A stretch of 64,000 nucleotides of DNA from Octopus vulgaris. Lineage: Eukaryota. Shown piece by piece: positions 27,736 through 41,354 of the stretch (position 1 is the stretch's first letter; each line of letters begins with the position of its first letter). The notes beneath the pieces are model-generated. The model was given only the letters and a program-made list of their open reading frames with translations, was not told the DNA's origin and did not search any database. Location of the stretch: NCBI GenBank assembly GCA_951406725.2, contig OX597830.1, forward strand, positions 248,001 to 312,000, written 5' to 3'. The translations under genes were made by a program, and so were the position numbers.

Positions 27736-27861
27736 GTGAAAGTGATCGCTAAAAGGTAGCTGTAGATCAAATGAATCCCGTGAGCAAAGAATCAATGGAA
27801 AAGAATCTTTCAGCAGCGGACGCGCCTCAGAAGCCAGCAATTCTCACCGATCATATAAAGC

Positions 27862-27916
<55 letters not shown>

Positions 27917-28515
27917 AAATAAGCAACAAGGATATCGTGATGTAATGCAGTACGATTGTTCATGCAACTCCATTTAATTGAAAAATGCAATCATTACATC
28001 AATTTAAAATGCAGAGCAATCCTCAGCTGCGCAAAGACATAGAATTTAATTAAATTAGAACAGATGGACACATTTATATATCTGTACCTAAAATCTCCAA
28101 GAAGTTAAGGAGATAGACAAAGAACATGCTGGCTTCACTCCAGCATAGAAGTTACTAAGTTATCAAGAAGATATACATTGTTACACATTCTGCCTGTCAC
28201 TGATTTTTTTTTGTTTTTGTTTTTATGGGTCAGTGTTAATTTATAGACTAGTTTATCAAATCCTTCTAAGGTTGAGAGAACAAAGGGCAGTTTCTGTTGG
28301 GTTAGGGCTGAGGGAGCAGACAGAAATTATACTTGATATAGTCATAAAAATCAAGATTTATTAGAAGAAATATAATGAAGTTAGGTAAAGGAAAACTTAA
28401 AACAAGATGTTAGCTGACAATTAAGGGTGTCGCCACTAGCAGACCATTGATAATGAAACAGGGGAAGTCTTATCATGTAGTACTATAGTTAAATATTTTA
28501 AATGTTGATATATTG

Positions 28516-30680
28516 TATACATGTCTTCTGTGCAAGCCGTATGCCAGAAATATGTCCCAGAGCACAAGGCCAAAACAAATAGGAGCAAGATTCCAAGAGA
28601 TAGGAAGATCCTCATGAGACGACGGACGAAGGTTGCAAATCGTCTCAACCAACATCCCAAAAGTAGCGAAACGTCCCGCCTAAAAACAACACTGATGGAG
28701 ATCGAAAAAAGGCTGCAACAATCCTATGTGAAAGAGAAAGCAGACAAAGAAGCCTGAGTTATAAAAAGCATTAAATCAAACCCAAAGGCCTTCTTTCATT
28801 ACGCGAAAGAAACAGTCTCAGTACACTACAAGATAGGACCCCTCCTCCAAAAGGATGGCTTCCTCACAGACAGTCCAACTATGATCAGTGAGATGCTGAA
28901 TGACCAGTTCAAAAGTGTCTTTACCACCCCGTTAGAACATAGACAAGTGAACGAACCAGTGGACTTCTTTGCCGTCTCACCTATAACCAGCGAGAATGTA
29001 TTGACATTAGCGAAAAAGATGTCCTACTAGCCATAGATGAAGTGGACACAAACTCAGCTGCTGGTCCAGACGGTTTCCCAGCCATCCTCCTCAAAGCGTG
29101 TAAGCATGCCCTGGCAAAACCCCTCAAGATTCTCTTCCAGAGCCTTCTTGCGAATGGCAAGCTGCCAAACAAGCTGAAGGAGGGAATAATATGCCCAATA
29201 CATAAAGGGGGAAGTAGAGCAGATGCCCAAAACTATAGGCCTATCTCTCTGACTTCACACATCAACAAAGTCATGGAAAGGATAGTCAGAAAGAAACTAA
29301 TCGCATTCCTTGAGGAAAATAACTTGCTGAGTGATACCCATCATGGTTTTCGACCAGGTAGGAGCTGCCTGACACAGATCTTACAACATTATGACTGGGT
29401 GTTGAGACAGTTACTCAACAAATCAAATGTGGACGTAATCTACCTTGATTTAGCAAAAGCTTTTGACAAGGTGGATGATGGTATGATATGCCACAAACTG
29501 CGTGACCTCGGCATTGCTGGAAAACTTGGAGTGTGGTTGCATGACTTCCTGAAAGATAGGAGTCAGGCAGTAGTGGTTAATGGAGCCACCTCTATGAACA
29601 CACAAATAGTGAGCGGTGTTCCACAGGGCACTGTCTTGGGACCACTGCTTTTTATAGTGGCCCTCTCAGATATACTCTCAAATGCACGGATAGCCACTCT
29701 GGCCAGCTATGCAGACGATACGAAAGTCTCGCAGAAAATACAGAACCCCAGCGATGTTGCACACCTGCAGCAGGAGTTGGACTCAATCTACAGATGGGCT
29801 GAGGATAATAATATGCAGTTTAATGCTGAAAAATTCCAGGCCCTGCGCTACCAGTATCCAAAACTTACAGGATACACCGGTCCATAGGGAATTTCAATCC
29901 CAGAGCCTAAGTCTGTGAGGGACCATGGTATCGACATGAGTGATGATACCTCTTTCCAAGTGCACATTACCAGGATGGCGACAAAGTGCAGACGACTGGC
30001 TGCGTGGATCCTAAGAACATTCAGAACCAGAGATAAGGAAACTATGATGGTCCTCTGGCGGACATTCGTCCTCAGCCACCTGGATTACTGCTCACAGCTA
30101 TGGTCATCCACCAGTGTAAAATTAACAGCGGACCTTGAAGCAATCCAGAGAAGATTCACAAAGAAGATCGTCTCTTTGCAACAGCTCAGCTACTGGGAAA
30201 GGTTTAAACAGCTAAGACTCTACTCCCTGGAGAGAAGACGGGAGAGGTATGCAGTAATATATATCTGGAAGATCCTGGAAGGAATTGTGCCAAATTTTGG
30301 CATTGTAAGCTACACCAATGCTAGAACAGGACGACACTGCATAGTGCCAAAGATCCCAGCAATGCCATCACGCTTCAGGACCAGCTTCTGCAACAGCCTG
30401 GGTTTCAAGGGCCCACAGCTTTTTAATATTCTCTCAAAGAGTCTGAGGGACTTGCACAAAGTAGATGTAGCGGTTTTTAAATCAAAGCTGGACATCTTCC
30501 TGTCAAGAGTCCCAGATGAACCTGCCTCACGGCAAGAGGTGCAAATGAGAGTAGCTATATCAAACTCCAGTCTTCACCAAGTGCCACATATTAGACGAGG
30601 TTCGTCGTAATAACAGTGTAGCATAAAACGGCGGTGCATCAGCATGGCCGCAGCTCTGAGCTGAAACTAGAAAAAAAAAA
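28516..30680 (+). mobile_element. 5'-truncated CR1-group LINE with complete RT and 3' end
   Basis: ORFs 29042-29887 (NYRPISLTSH, YLDLAKAFDKV, SGVPQGTVLGPLLF, YADDTK) and 29915-30610; 3' tail GGCGGTGCATCAGCATGGCCGCAGCTCTGAGCTGAAAC plus poly(A). Confidence 0.95.
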
Positions 30681-30689
30681 GTTAAAGTT

Positions 30690-32459
30690 TTGGGTTATTC
30701 AGAGCATTATTAAGAAGAATATTATAACAAAAGGATAGAAATTCATGAATACTTTTGAATATATGCCAAACTTTTACCACGATAGAGGGAGGAAAAGAAA
30801 TTATCCAGAAATAGTTTAATATTTATACATATCGTACACTTAAATACTAACTCATCAGATGGTAGCTGTGAATGCTGATTAATTGGTATATACTGGTATT
30901 AATAAAGGAGTTTTGAGGTAAAAGGACATGCTAATTATATATTAATAAAATTTTAATCTTAGCAGTGTTTGTTTTAATAGTGAATATGCCAATATAGTTG
31001 TATATAAGCTAAGTATGAATTTATAGAGATACAAAAATTAGATTAATTTTATAAATAAATAAAGGCTAACTATAAAATAATAAAGAAATAAAATAAAATA
31101 ATCAAGTAGGGCGGAACATCGTAGAAAAGGAAATAAAATAACTTAATTACTAACACTATGGTAAAGTATATGTAGCTTATTAACACCAATAGAGAAGAGT
31201 TTTAGAAAAAGTATAATAATTCAAAATATATTAGACTAAAAATTATATATTTACTTATTTAGCTAATATCAATAAAAGTCTGATGTCTGGTATCAGCTAA
31301 AGGAATATTTAAGCTATGGAACAATCATATTTTACAATAATCTTTTTTTAAAAACTAAGGGTTATATTATAAGTTTAAGAAGTTATTATTGCTACTCCCT
31401 ACATGATATTTATAGCTTCTTAGTGGCACTTGTTTAGGATGGTTATTCATATAAAGGCCCTTATCAATACTAAGATCAGGAGGGTAGAGCCATTTAAGAA
31501 AGATCACAGGAGGGTAGAGCCATTTAAATCAAGTAATTTCTAAAGATCATAGGGTAATCAAGAAGATTATTAAGAATGAAATTTTAACAAAAGGATAAAA
31601 TTTCTTTGAATATCTTGAATATATACCAAATTGTTTACCACAATGGAGGAAGGAAAAAGAAAATTGCAAAGAAATATTTTAACATTTATTTACTTATTAC
31701 TTATCTAAATATTAACTTATTATATGGTTTCTATGGAGATTAATCAATTGGATTTAACTGGTATTTAATAAGGGAGCAACTGAGCTTAAAGAACATGTTA
31801 ATTATATAATGATTTAATTAAATTGCACTATTTTAAGTTGTTGAGATACCGGTATTACCTTATATAAGCTGAGTTCGAATTAATAGGGTTACAAAGATTA
31901 GATTTAATTAAAATAATAATAATAATAATAACAATAAAATGATCAGTTAGGGTAGAGTCTCATAGAAAAGGAATAAAAACAGCCTAATCACTAAAAACCA
32001 TAATAAAATATCCATACCTTATTAACTTCAATAGCAAATATTTATAGAAAATGTATAATAGTTTAAGTATTATGATTTAAAAATTGTTAATTAACTTATT
32101 TAGCTTATTATAATCAAGACTGAAACCCGGTATTGGTTAAAAGAATAATTGTTGTTAAAAGGACATTCTAATTATATAGGTGAGAGAACAAATTTACTAT
32201 AAATTAGTTAAATTATAATATAAGCAGTTTAATTTTAAGTTGTGAACACATCCATATTGTTCTTTTATAAGCTACGTATAAATTTAAAGGGATACAAAAA
32301 TTTAGGTTTGTCTAAAGGCAATTATAAAGTATTAAGGATATAAAATAGCTTATAAAAGAGAAAAGGATATAAAATAGCTTAATCACTAGAATCATGATGA
32401 AGTATATATACAACTTAGTAACTTCAACAGAGAAGATTTATAGAAAATATGTAATAATT

Positions 32460-32460
<1 letters not shown>
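30690..32460. repeat. Diverged AT-rich tandem duplication/triplication of unknown origin
   Basis: Collinear motifs recur at about 30705-31310, 31565-32150 and partially 32160-32460 (TAACAAAAGGATA, GGACATG/GAACATG-TAATTATATA, TATAAGCT, TACAAARATT, AGAAAAGGA). Confidence 0.7.
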
Positions 32461-32497
<37 letters not shown>

Positions 32498-32499
<2 letters not shown>

Positions 32500-33760
32500 T
32501 GAAGGAAGGTAAAATATGCCCTATTCATAAAAGAGGTAGCAGAGCGGAGGCCAAGAACTACAGACCTATCTCTCTGACCTCACACATCAGCAAGGTCATG
32601 GAACGAATAGTCATAAGGAAATTAATCACCTTCCTTGAAGAAAGTGACTTGCTGCCTGACACCCAACATGGTTTCCGACCAGGAAGAAGCTGCCTAACTC
32701 AGCTCCTACAACACTATGACTGGGTGCTGAAACGACGGCTCAACCACTCAAATGTGGAAGTCATATATCTCGACTTTGCAAAGGCCTTTGATAAAGTCGA
32801 TCATGGAATGATACGTCACAAACTGCGTGATCTTGGCATAGTTGGAAAATTGGGAGAATGACTTTATGAATTTCTGAAGGATAGACGTCAGGTGGTAGCA
32901 GCCAATTCCATTAACAGGTGGCCACTTCCATTAACACGCAAATAGTGAGCGGTGTTCCGCAAGGCACTGTTTTGGGACCAATACTGTTCATAATGGCCCT
33001 CTCAGACATGCCCTCAGCCACGCAGAGAGCCACGATCACAAGTTATGCAGATGATACAAAAGTTTCACAGGCAATACAGAACCCTGAAGACACTAAGCAC
33101 CTGCAATGTGAGCTGGACAAAATATACAAGTGGGCTGAAAAGAAAAGCGTGCAGTTCAATGCTGAAAAGTTTCAAGCTTTATGCTATCAGCATGCAAAAC
33201 TAAATGCAATACCCAATGAATACACTGGACCTGGGGGGATTGCAATCCCAGAGGCACAATCAGTGCGTGACCTGGGTATTTACATGAGTGATGACGCAAC
33301 CTTTCATGTACATGTTGCTAAATTGGCAATGAAATGTAGGCGGCTGGCCGGATGGATTCTTAGAACCTTTAGAACAAGAGACCAAGACACCATGATGGTC
33401 CTCTGGAGGACACTTGTCCTAAGCCACTTTGACTATTGCTCTCAGCTATGGTTACCATCCAGTGTCAAGTTGATCACAGAACTTGAGGCGATCCAACGAA
33501 GCTACACGAAGAAGATAGCCTCTGTGCAGCATATAAGCTACTGGGAAAGACTCAAGAGATTAAGACTGTATTCCTTAGAGCGTAGGCGAGAAAGATATGC
33601 CATAATATACATCTGGAAGATCCTAGAAGGACTTGTCCCAGACTTTGGCATCGAGAGTTACACAAATGCCAGAACTGGGCGCCACTTCGTGGTGCCAAGG
33701 ACTCCAAATTTGCCATGAAGATGTAGAACAAGATACTGTAATAGCCTAGGCTTCAGAAGC
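32498..33760 (+). mobile_element. CR1-group LINE RT fragment (related subfamily of 28516-30680)
   Basis: KNYRPISLTSHISKVMER, YLDFAKAFDKV, SGVPQGTVLGP, YADDTK; 5' end abuts (TA)n; 3' end missing. Confidence 0.93.
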
Positions 33761-35430
33761 TATAAAGGGAAATTACTGTGTTATAATTCTGCTACTTATA
33801 TAAAATAAGATTAAAAGTTCATAGTAAACACGTAAACATGGCTAGTCTCACATGTGCGCTTGCGGACCAACGTGAGTACTTATACGTCACTATGAAAACG
33901 TACAGATCTTCACTCGCATTTTCGCCAAATATATACGCACATATACAAACTCATTCACACACACACGCGTACCGTAAAAGTTCATACATACATCTATATA
34001 TAAAATAAGATTAAAAGTTCATAGTAAACACGTAAACTTATACGTCACTATGAAAACGTACAGATCTTCACTCGCATTTTCGCCAAATATAAACGCACAT
34101 ATACAAACTCATACACACACACACGCGTACCGTAAAAGTTCATACATACATCTATATATAAAATAAGATTAAAAGTTCATAGTAAACACGTAAACATGGC
34201 TAGTCTCACATGTGCGCTTGCGGACCAACGTGAGTACTTATACGTCACTATGAAAACGTACAGATCTTCACTCGCATTTTCGCCAAATATATACGCACAT
34301 ATACAAACTCATACACACACACACGCGTACCGTAAAAGTTCATACATACATCTATATACACACAAGCACAAGAAAAACCATGGTTAAAGGTAACAGAAAA
34401 AAAACAGAAGGAAGTATACAAAGCATAAAAACCACGTTCATATACGGACATGCCCTTATGCATTCATACACACACACGCCCATATATGTACATACTCGCA
34501 CATGTTTATATACTCATACACACACGCGCATATACAAAAAATGAATATACATATGCCCCCACCCCTTCAAACCCTAAAAAAATGGAAAAATACTAAGTAA
34601 AAACGTCTATATATATATGCATCCTTATGCCCGCACACACGCACACATCTAAAACTGCCCACTCATACATATTCACACACGTGTACAAATGAATCTATAT
34701 ACACGTCTATAAAGGCACAGGAAAAAATGCAGGATAGAAGAGTACAGAAAAAATGATTATGTGTGAAAGATATAAAAACATATGAAATAATAAAAGGCAT
34801 AATGAGATAAAAAAAACTTTTTGGGACATAATATAGAAAGCAAGTTCTATCTGTTTTCTTTAGGGAACCAAAGACGTAACAAAAATTTTCTCATATGTGG
34901 GCATGATCCGAAAAGTTCTGTCCTTGAGTTTAGATATGTAGTAGGGTCTAAGCTGCTTTTCCAGATAAGCCATCTCTCCATGTCGCATAGACCGCACTCT
35001 CCGCGGCCGTTGGTGTAGGGCTTACATTTGGCCAAAATCTTCCAATGGATGTTATAATCGACACCTTTATCTTTTAAAGACCAAATATGATTAGATAATT
35101 TTGTCGCTTTCTTTTGTTCCAGTGCCTAAAACTCAAGGTGTGGTTATTGAACCTGGCTTGAAATTACCCTCTGTAAGGCCCACCTATTTCTTCGTCGAAA
35201 CGGTGTCTTAGTGGTTATAGAGTCCACGGTAGCGTCATAGATGATGGTCTCGGACATGCAAGCTCCATTTAGCGGGCACAATTTTTTTATTCCTGCATGA
35301 ACAGCTGTTTTCTTGTTGTGTCAAATTCAACTTGTTTTGTCTGTCATTTTCTGGGCCCTTCCAAATTTCGTCACCAGACTGGTGTGGGAATTGGTTTACA
35401 TACCAACCGCCTAACCATGAAAAATGATAT
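33761..35430 (-). mobile_element. 5'-truncated Penelope-like element (GIY-YIG C-terminus plus 3' region)
   Basis: SCSCRNK..PLNGACMSETIIYDATV, VGLTEGNFK, NHIWSLKDKGVDYNIHWKILAKCKPY..CGLCDMER..LNSRTELFGSCPH; stop at 34847; boundaries approximate. Confidence 0.85.
33801..34358. repeat. Tandem triplication, 200-bp unit (middle copy lacks 42 bp)
   Basis: TAAAATAAGATTAAAAGTTCATAG starts at 33801, 34001 and 34159; copies are near-identical. Confidence 0.95.
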
Positions 35431-36289
35431 ACTACATTACACGGTAGCAGTGGATCCAATCGATGGCTTGATCTACTTTACACACACACGCACACACCTA
35501 TTAATATGCATGCATAATTTCACATTAGTACATTTGTGCAGTAGCGTATATACATAGACAAATATATAGGTGTTGCATCTGTGAAACAGCATTGCAATTT
35601 TATGTGTGTTTGAGGACGTATTTTTTTTTCTTTGCTTGCATGTATTACTCTTGTTCTCTCTTAGTTTGTCTCTGACCAACCGTTGTAACTTAGCAGTTAG
35701 GCCAAAGAGGTGTGCATAGATGTATTGGCTCCGGAAGTGGAGTACAACGACATCTTAGAGTACTGGTTTGATGAACTTTGGAACATTGTAATTAAAGGTT
35801 CAATGCGACCGCTCGGCAGTGGCGCACGAGTGGTCGTCATTCCATCTTTTCATTTTTACATAATTTCATTTTTCATTCGATTTTATTTTTCCCCTTCATC
35901 TATGTTTTTTGTGTCCTTTGCTGTCGCATGTGTGTTTTCACCCTAGTGGTTAATTAAAAATAAAGTTCATGCTAAAAGACGATGTGCGAAGTTGACGTAT
36001 GATGTGCTGGAAGCCAGTGTCAACTGTTTTGTGTAGTATCCGGTGCCATGCAGTCGATGTGAGCGATGGTGCCGGGCAATTACGTATGGAACAGTTGACA
36101 CAGTATTTGGTGTAGAGTGAAGTTGGTTTCGGTGGTTAATGCGAATAGTGGCCGCTTCTGAACTGCCTGCGGAAATAATGTGGACTTGGCAACGTAAAAG
36201 ATGTCAAATAGTTGCGTAAATTCGGAAGTAACAAGAATTCAGTCGAAAATAAAAAGATTTAAAAAAGATAGAAAATAAATCATTAAACT

Positions 36290-36353
36290 GGTCAATAAAG
36301 GAGCTCACCAAAAGAGGTGATAAAGGTCAATAAAGGGGCTCACCAAAAGAGGT
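36290..36353. repeat. 35-bp-period tandem duplication
   Basis: GGTCAATAAAGGRGCTCACCAAAAGAGGT twice. Confidence 0.85.
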
Positions 36354-37430
36354 CTCCACATTTCAGAGGTAAATGAAAGGACTCTCTAAAAACTGTCTAA
36401 AGGACTGTTTATTTATTCCATACATGTTTATTGGCATCTTAATTAAAGTTCGTTTATTTTAGTTATACTCAACGGTTCTGTTTGTTATTTTTAACACTTT
36501 CTTTGACTACTGCTTTTGCTGAGCTCGCCTATGGTCTTCTGAGCTTCTGGACACAGACTGTTAAAGCCTGTGGGTGGTTTGAAAAGGCTTCCACCGACGC
36601 TCATGTTTTATGATTTCCTTTATTTTCTATTTAGAGTTTGGTTGTACTACGGGACTTACTAAAAATAGAATAAAATAATGCCTTTCTAAGGATGAGGTGG
36701 CACATATTTCAGTTTGACATTAAACGCAAAGAAATGACAATCTAAGAGACATACATTTCAATATAAATTTGATCGAAATACGCTAAATAATCAGCAGCTT
36801 GACACATACGAAAACAAAATATGGTCAAAAATATTAAGATTAAAACCAGTAAATTGCAATTGGATCTTATGATAAACTATACACGAACAGAGGAACAAGG
36901 ACAAAGTATGTCATTTTACTCGAATAAAACTGAATAGATATTTCCACGTATAAGTTCATCATAGTGGAACTAATAATAAAATTTCCTTAATTTTACGGAA
37001 ATCTTCGTATCGCTAACCCACGATGCAACAGAGAAATACCTAGGGACTCCGAACGCAACTCAAAGTTGATAGCAAACATGCTTTATTCGTTTACATCCAG
37101 CAATCTTTTACAAGGCAATTCAGTTAGTCAGGCTAAACTATAGGTTTGCGAAATAAAAATAATGGCTCCAGCACAGCCATTAACTTCTGAGAGAAATCCT
37201 TTGTCTGCTAATAAGTTGTCAAAATATATTCGTGGTGTTTTGGTCTATGTTCTTTAGCCAATACAAACACATGTGTACACTGGGAGGGGGTGCGGGGATG
37301 TTGTTTTGTTTGTTTCTGCGTGTGTGTTCATTCCACCTTGACAAGAATAAATGAACAATTTAAATAACTGTTTTTTCTCACGTAGCTTCTCAATGAATCT
37401 GTGTCTGTCTGTCTCTCTCCTTCTTTCACT

Positions 37431-37464
<34 letters not shown>

Positions 37465-37896
37465 GTATGTATGTATGTATGTATGCATACATACATACAC
37501 ACATATTTACTCATAATCACTCGTATTTTACATTGCTTTTGTATATAGTTGAGCATGTTGTGTTTGTGCGTGCGGTGTTTTATTAGATATTTTTCCTAAT
37601 ATTCAATGGTCCACCTAACACTGTGTGAAACAGACTTTTGGTGTATGTTGTATACACATCAGAAACTTTTGTAATTTATATGTTCACTGAGTTTCTTTGA
37701 TAGTTGTTATACTTCATCTAAACAGCGTGATATGATGCTGGCGGCGGCGGGGACTATGATGTTGATGGTGACATTGTAAATGGTGCTAGTTGTGTTTCAA
37801 CAGCTGGTGTCTCGGTTGATGTGCGCTTTATCTGATGCGAATTAGATTGCCGGATAAAAAGAATCAAACACAATATTACGTACGCACCAATCTAGC

Positions 37897-37963
<67 letters not shown>

Positions 37964-38259
37964 ACACACACACCAAAAGACATACACAACTACATTTACA
38001 TAACGAACAAAATAGAGAATAGTGGGGTAGTTGGAAAACAGCAACCCACATAACTCAAGTAAAACTGTTTTGAAAGAAGAAAGGGAGTTTAAAATACCAT
38101 TATTTCAAATAATTTGTGTACATACACACACACACACCTGTATTGATCGATCGATCGCTTGATTGATTGTTGTTTACACTAAACTTGTGAATATATATGC
38201 TGTGTGCTTTGTATGTTTGGCAGCATCTCCATGTAACGTTACAATACAATTAACAATAG

Positions 38260-38294
<35 letters not shown>

Positions 38295-38297
<3 letters not shown>

Positions 38298-38338
38298 GGT
38301 GACCCACCATGGCCACAGCTCGTGAGCTGAAACTAGAT

Positions 38339-38342
<4 letters not shown>
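38295..38342 (+). mobile_element. Isolated CR1/SINE-type 3' tail (~48 bp) within (TA)n
   Basis: GGCGGTGACCCACCATGGCCACAGCTCGTGAGCTGAAACTAG matches the 3' end at 30630-30670. Confidence 0.8.
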
Positions 38343-38371
<29 letters not shown>

Positions 38372-38376
<5 letters not shown>

Positions 38377-38706
38377 GAAATGAAGAAAATGCTGACAAAT
38401 AATTGAAGTAATTTAAGTAATTTAATTAGGTGAAAGTTCTTTTTACCGGTTGCGCATTTGTTATGCTTATCAAAATATAAAAGAGAGATTAGAGTTCCTT
38501 TCTTATAGAATTTTTCCTCTTGTCAGATAAGAGGAAAAATTCTATAAGAAAGGAACTCTAATCTCTCTTTTATATTTTGATAAGCATAACAAATGCGCAA
38601 CCGGTAAAAAGAACTTTCACCTAATTAAATTACTTAAATTACTTCAATTATTTGTCAGCATTTTCTTCATTTCCTTTTTTATATATCACCACTCGTGTTC
38701 GACATC

Positions 38707-38710
<4 letters not shown>
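38372..38710. mobile_element. Near-perfect 307-bp palindrome (38372-38678, centre 38525) in (TA)n, with degenerate hammerhead-like motif and short tail
   Basis: Arms are exact reverse complements except one central mismatch; each contains UUGAUAA-GCAU/AUGC-GCAACCGGUA; unpaired tail CACCACTCGTGTTCGACATC. Confidence 0.8.
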
Positions 38711-38765
<55 letters not shown>

Positions 38766-40087
38766 CCAGACACATACACACATTTCATATGTGCGTATAC
38801 GTATGTATATTGGTGCGTATATACATTTGCTTACACACACCTCTATGTACGTGTATGTATGCATTTTTAAACATTATGGGGTGTACCTCTGTGGATGAAA
38901 TTAAAATATAAGCGAAATATTATGTATTTAAAAAGCGAGGAAAACAAAAACTGGCGAACCAGTTGATGTATCGGTTTACGGTTTGTTCACCACTCTTCAG
39001 GGTACTCGAAGCCAATATCCATTCCTAAACCTGAAGATGGTATATCTTGCTGTTATATAACGCAGTTATAAATTAGGCTAGCACAGCAGTGGATAATTTT
39101 ACATAAGTGTACTTTCTTCCGTTGAAATCGCTCGGGCAATTAATGCTAGAGTAACCTCAAGATATCAATGCAAATATTATAGCTATTCTTGTCGTTGGTT
39201 GTTATTGTTGTTGTTATTATTGATCTTTGTGGTGTCATTACAGCGATGTTGATGTTTATACCGATGAAACACGAATTATCCACCGAGGGGCACGATTCAT
39301 TAGAAACGATTCAAATAACAGCCAAATCTTCCTCCAATTAATGTTTGTCATCTATTTTTATAAGGCATGACTAATTAGAGGCTTCTCTAGATATATAAGC
39401 AGACGTGAAGGTCAAGGATGGAAATTAGTTAACCATACCTCTTCTTTATTTGTGACATTTGAAGATGAAACAATTATAGCGAAAATTCAGGTATATTTCG
39501 AATCCAGCACAATTATCAGAGTTTTAACAGGAAAATATATTAAATACTATTAAAGTAGGCGTTGACAAAAGTCGACCTCACCAAAGAATCCATGTCAACT
39601 GATCGCTAGGATTTCAAATCAGGTTTTATCAATATTTATAAAGAGATATGATAAAGCCCCGAGCAGTATACAAGTTGCAAGCGACTCGAGTGTCTGACAA
39701 CTTTTCCTCGATACCTAATGGTACAGGCCACCCAAAAATTTATATCTAGTTCCTCTAGGTACCTAGAAAGTGATAGCTAGTACCACTATATATGCTAGTA
39801 CCTATTACAAAATATGGATTTTAAAAATAAGCCAGTTCTACTTAGCTTACCTGAACTATACTCAAAGCTACGTTAAAGGAAAATCTTGTCTAAAGATTTT
39901 TGTTATGAGTTATTAGGTTTTAGAGAATAAAGACAAAGTTTTAGAAAAAAGTATTCAGGAAGAATAGAAATTATATTAACTAGAAATTGAAACTGGATCT
40001 CTACATCTGTGAAACAACGTCATCTTTTCTAGCGCAATCACCAAAATAAATGAACATTTTATAACTACTAACAATAATAGTTATATA

Positions 40088-40960
40088 CAGGGTGTCCAAA
40101 AAGTCACTGATGGGTTTCAATTTTCAATAAATTCCATAACTTTACAAATAAATGCATGGAATCTTGATACAGAACAGAATGGAAATTAATATGCACAAGT
40201 CAAATTTTGCAACACCATTTCATCACATGAAAAATGACATTGCTTAAATGGCAGCCATTTTCGGCTTGGCACGGCCATACTCTTTCCAAAACTTGCACCA
40301 TAACACTCTCAAGAGTTCAGATCACATTTCTGATTTCTCTATTGATGTTCTCCTTCAGTTGTACCAGGGTCTCCGGTTTGTTGACGCAAACCCTCTTTTA
40401 GGTATCCCCACAAGAAAAAATCCGGGCTAGTCAAGTTTGGAACACATGAAGGCCATTCAAAGTAGACCTCACTCATGTTTCCAGCAAGATGTGTCAGCTG
40501 CTCACACCGCAAGAGAAACAATACTGTTGCTACGGCAGTGGTTTGGACAGAGAATAATCTCCCGTTACGGTAATGTCAACTGGCCTTCACGTGCCCCAGA
40601 CTTGTTGAATAGCCCAAATTATTTTCTTGTGGGGATACCTGAAAGAGAGGGTTTACGTCTACAAACCGGAGTCCCTGGTGCAACTGAAGAAGAACATCAA
40701 TAGAGAAATCAGTCAGAGAAGTGGGGTCTGAAACTCTTGAGGTGCAAGTTTTGGAAAGAATACGGGCGTGCGAATCCGAAAATGGCTGCCATTTAAGCGA
40801 TGTCATTTTTCATATGTGATGTAGTAGTGTTGCAACGTTTGACGTGTGGGTATAAACGTCTATTGTGTCCTTTATATTGTTTCAAAATACCATGCATTTA
40901 TTTGTAAAGTTAAGGAAGTTATTAAAAATTAAAACCTATCAGTGACTTTTGGGACACCGG
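40088..40960. mobile_element. Foldback element derived from a DD41D (rosa/Visitor) Tc1-mariner
   Basis: TA|CAGGGTGTCCAAAAAGTCACTGAT...ATCAGTGACTTTTGGGACACCGG|TA; ~370-bp diverged inverted arms, both carrying WPS..PD/NL..SPDFFLWGYLKE; 41 residues between FQQD and the last D when the two arms are combined. Confidence 0.88.
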
Positions 40961-41317
40961 TATTGATAAACCATTCGAAGATCAATGGTTTTGGAACATA
41001 TCAGAAGATAAATGTTTTAATTTCTAATTTATGGAATTCATACCACGTACAGGTTCCATACGTTAATGCTGATGAGTGGAACCAACTTTTCAACTTCCTC
41101 AGTTAAAATTTAGAATCCCCCCCCCCACATACAATGCTGTGGTTGAAAGATAGAAAAAATAGTAAATAACTATTATGTGTCACCAGCTTTGATTGGTTAA
41201 AGGAAACCAGAATTTTTTCTGTCTAAAAGCTGAAAATAATCAGAAGTGAAAAGATAGCCGTAGCTTAAAAACGAAACCAAAATACAAATATGCCATTTTG
41301 TTTTAATGTGTACACAC

Positions 41318-41354
<37 letters not shown>

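Noticed and set aside
30775-30820. LFLDNFFSS on the minus strand resembling the piggyBac DNxF(T/S)S motif
   Set aside because: Short frame bounded by stops, not preserved in the duplicate unit, and no other piggyBac motifs.
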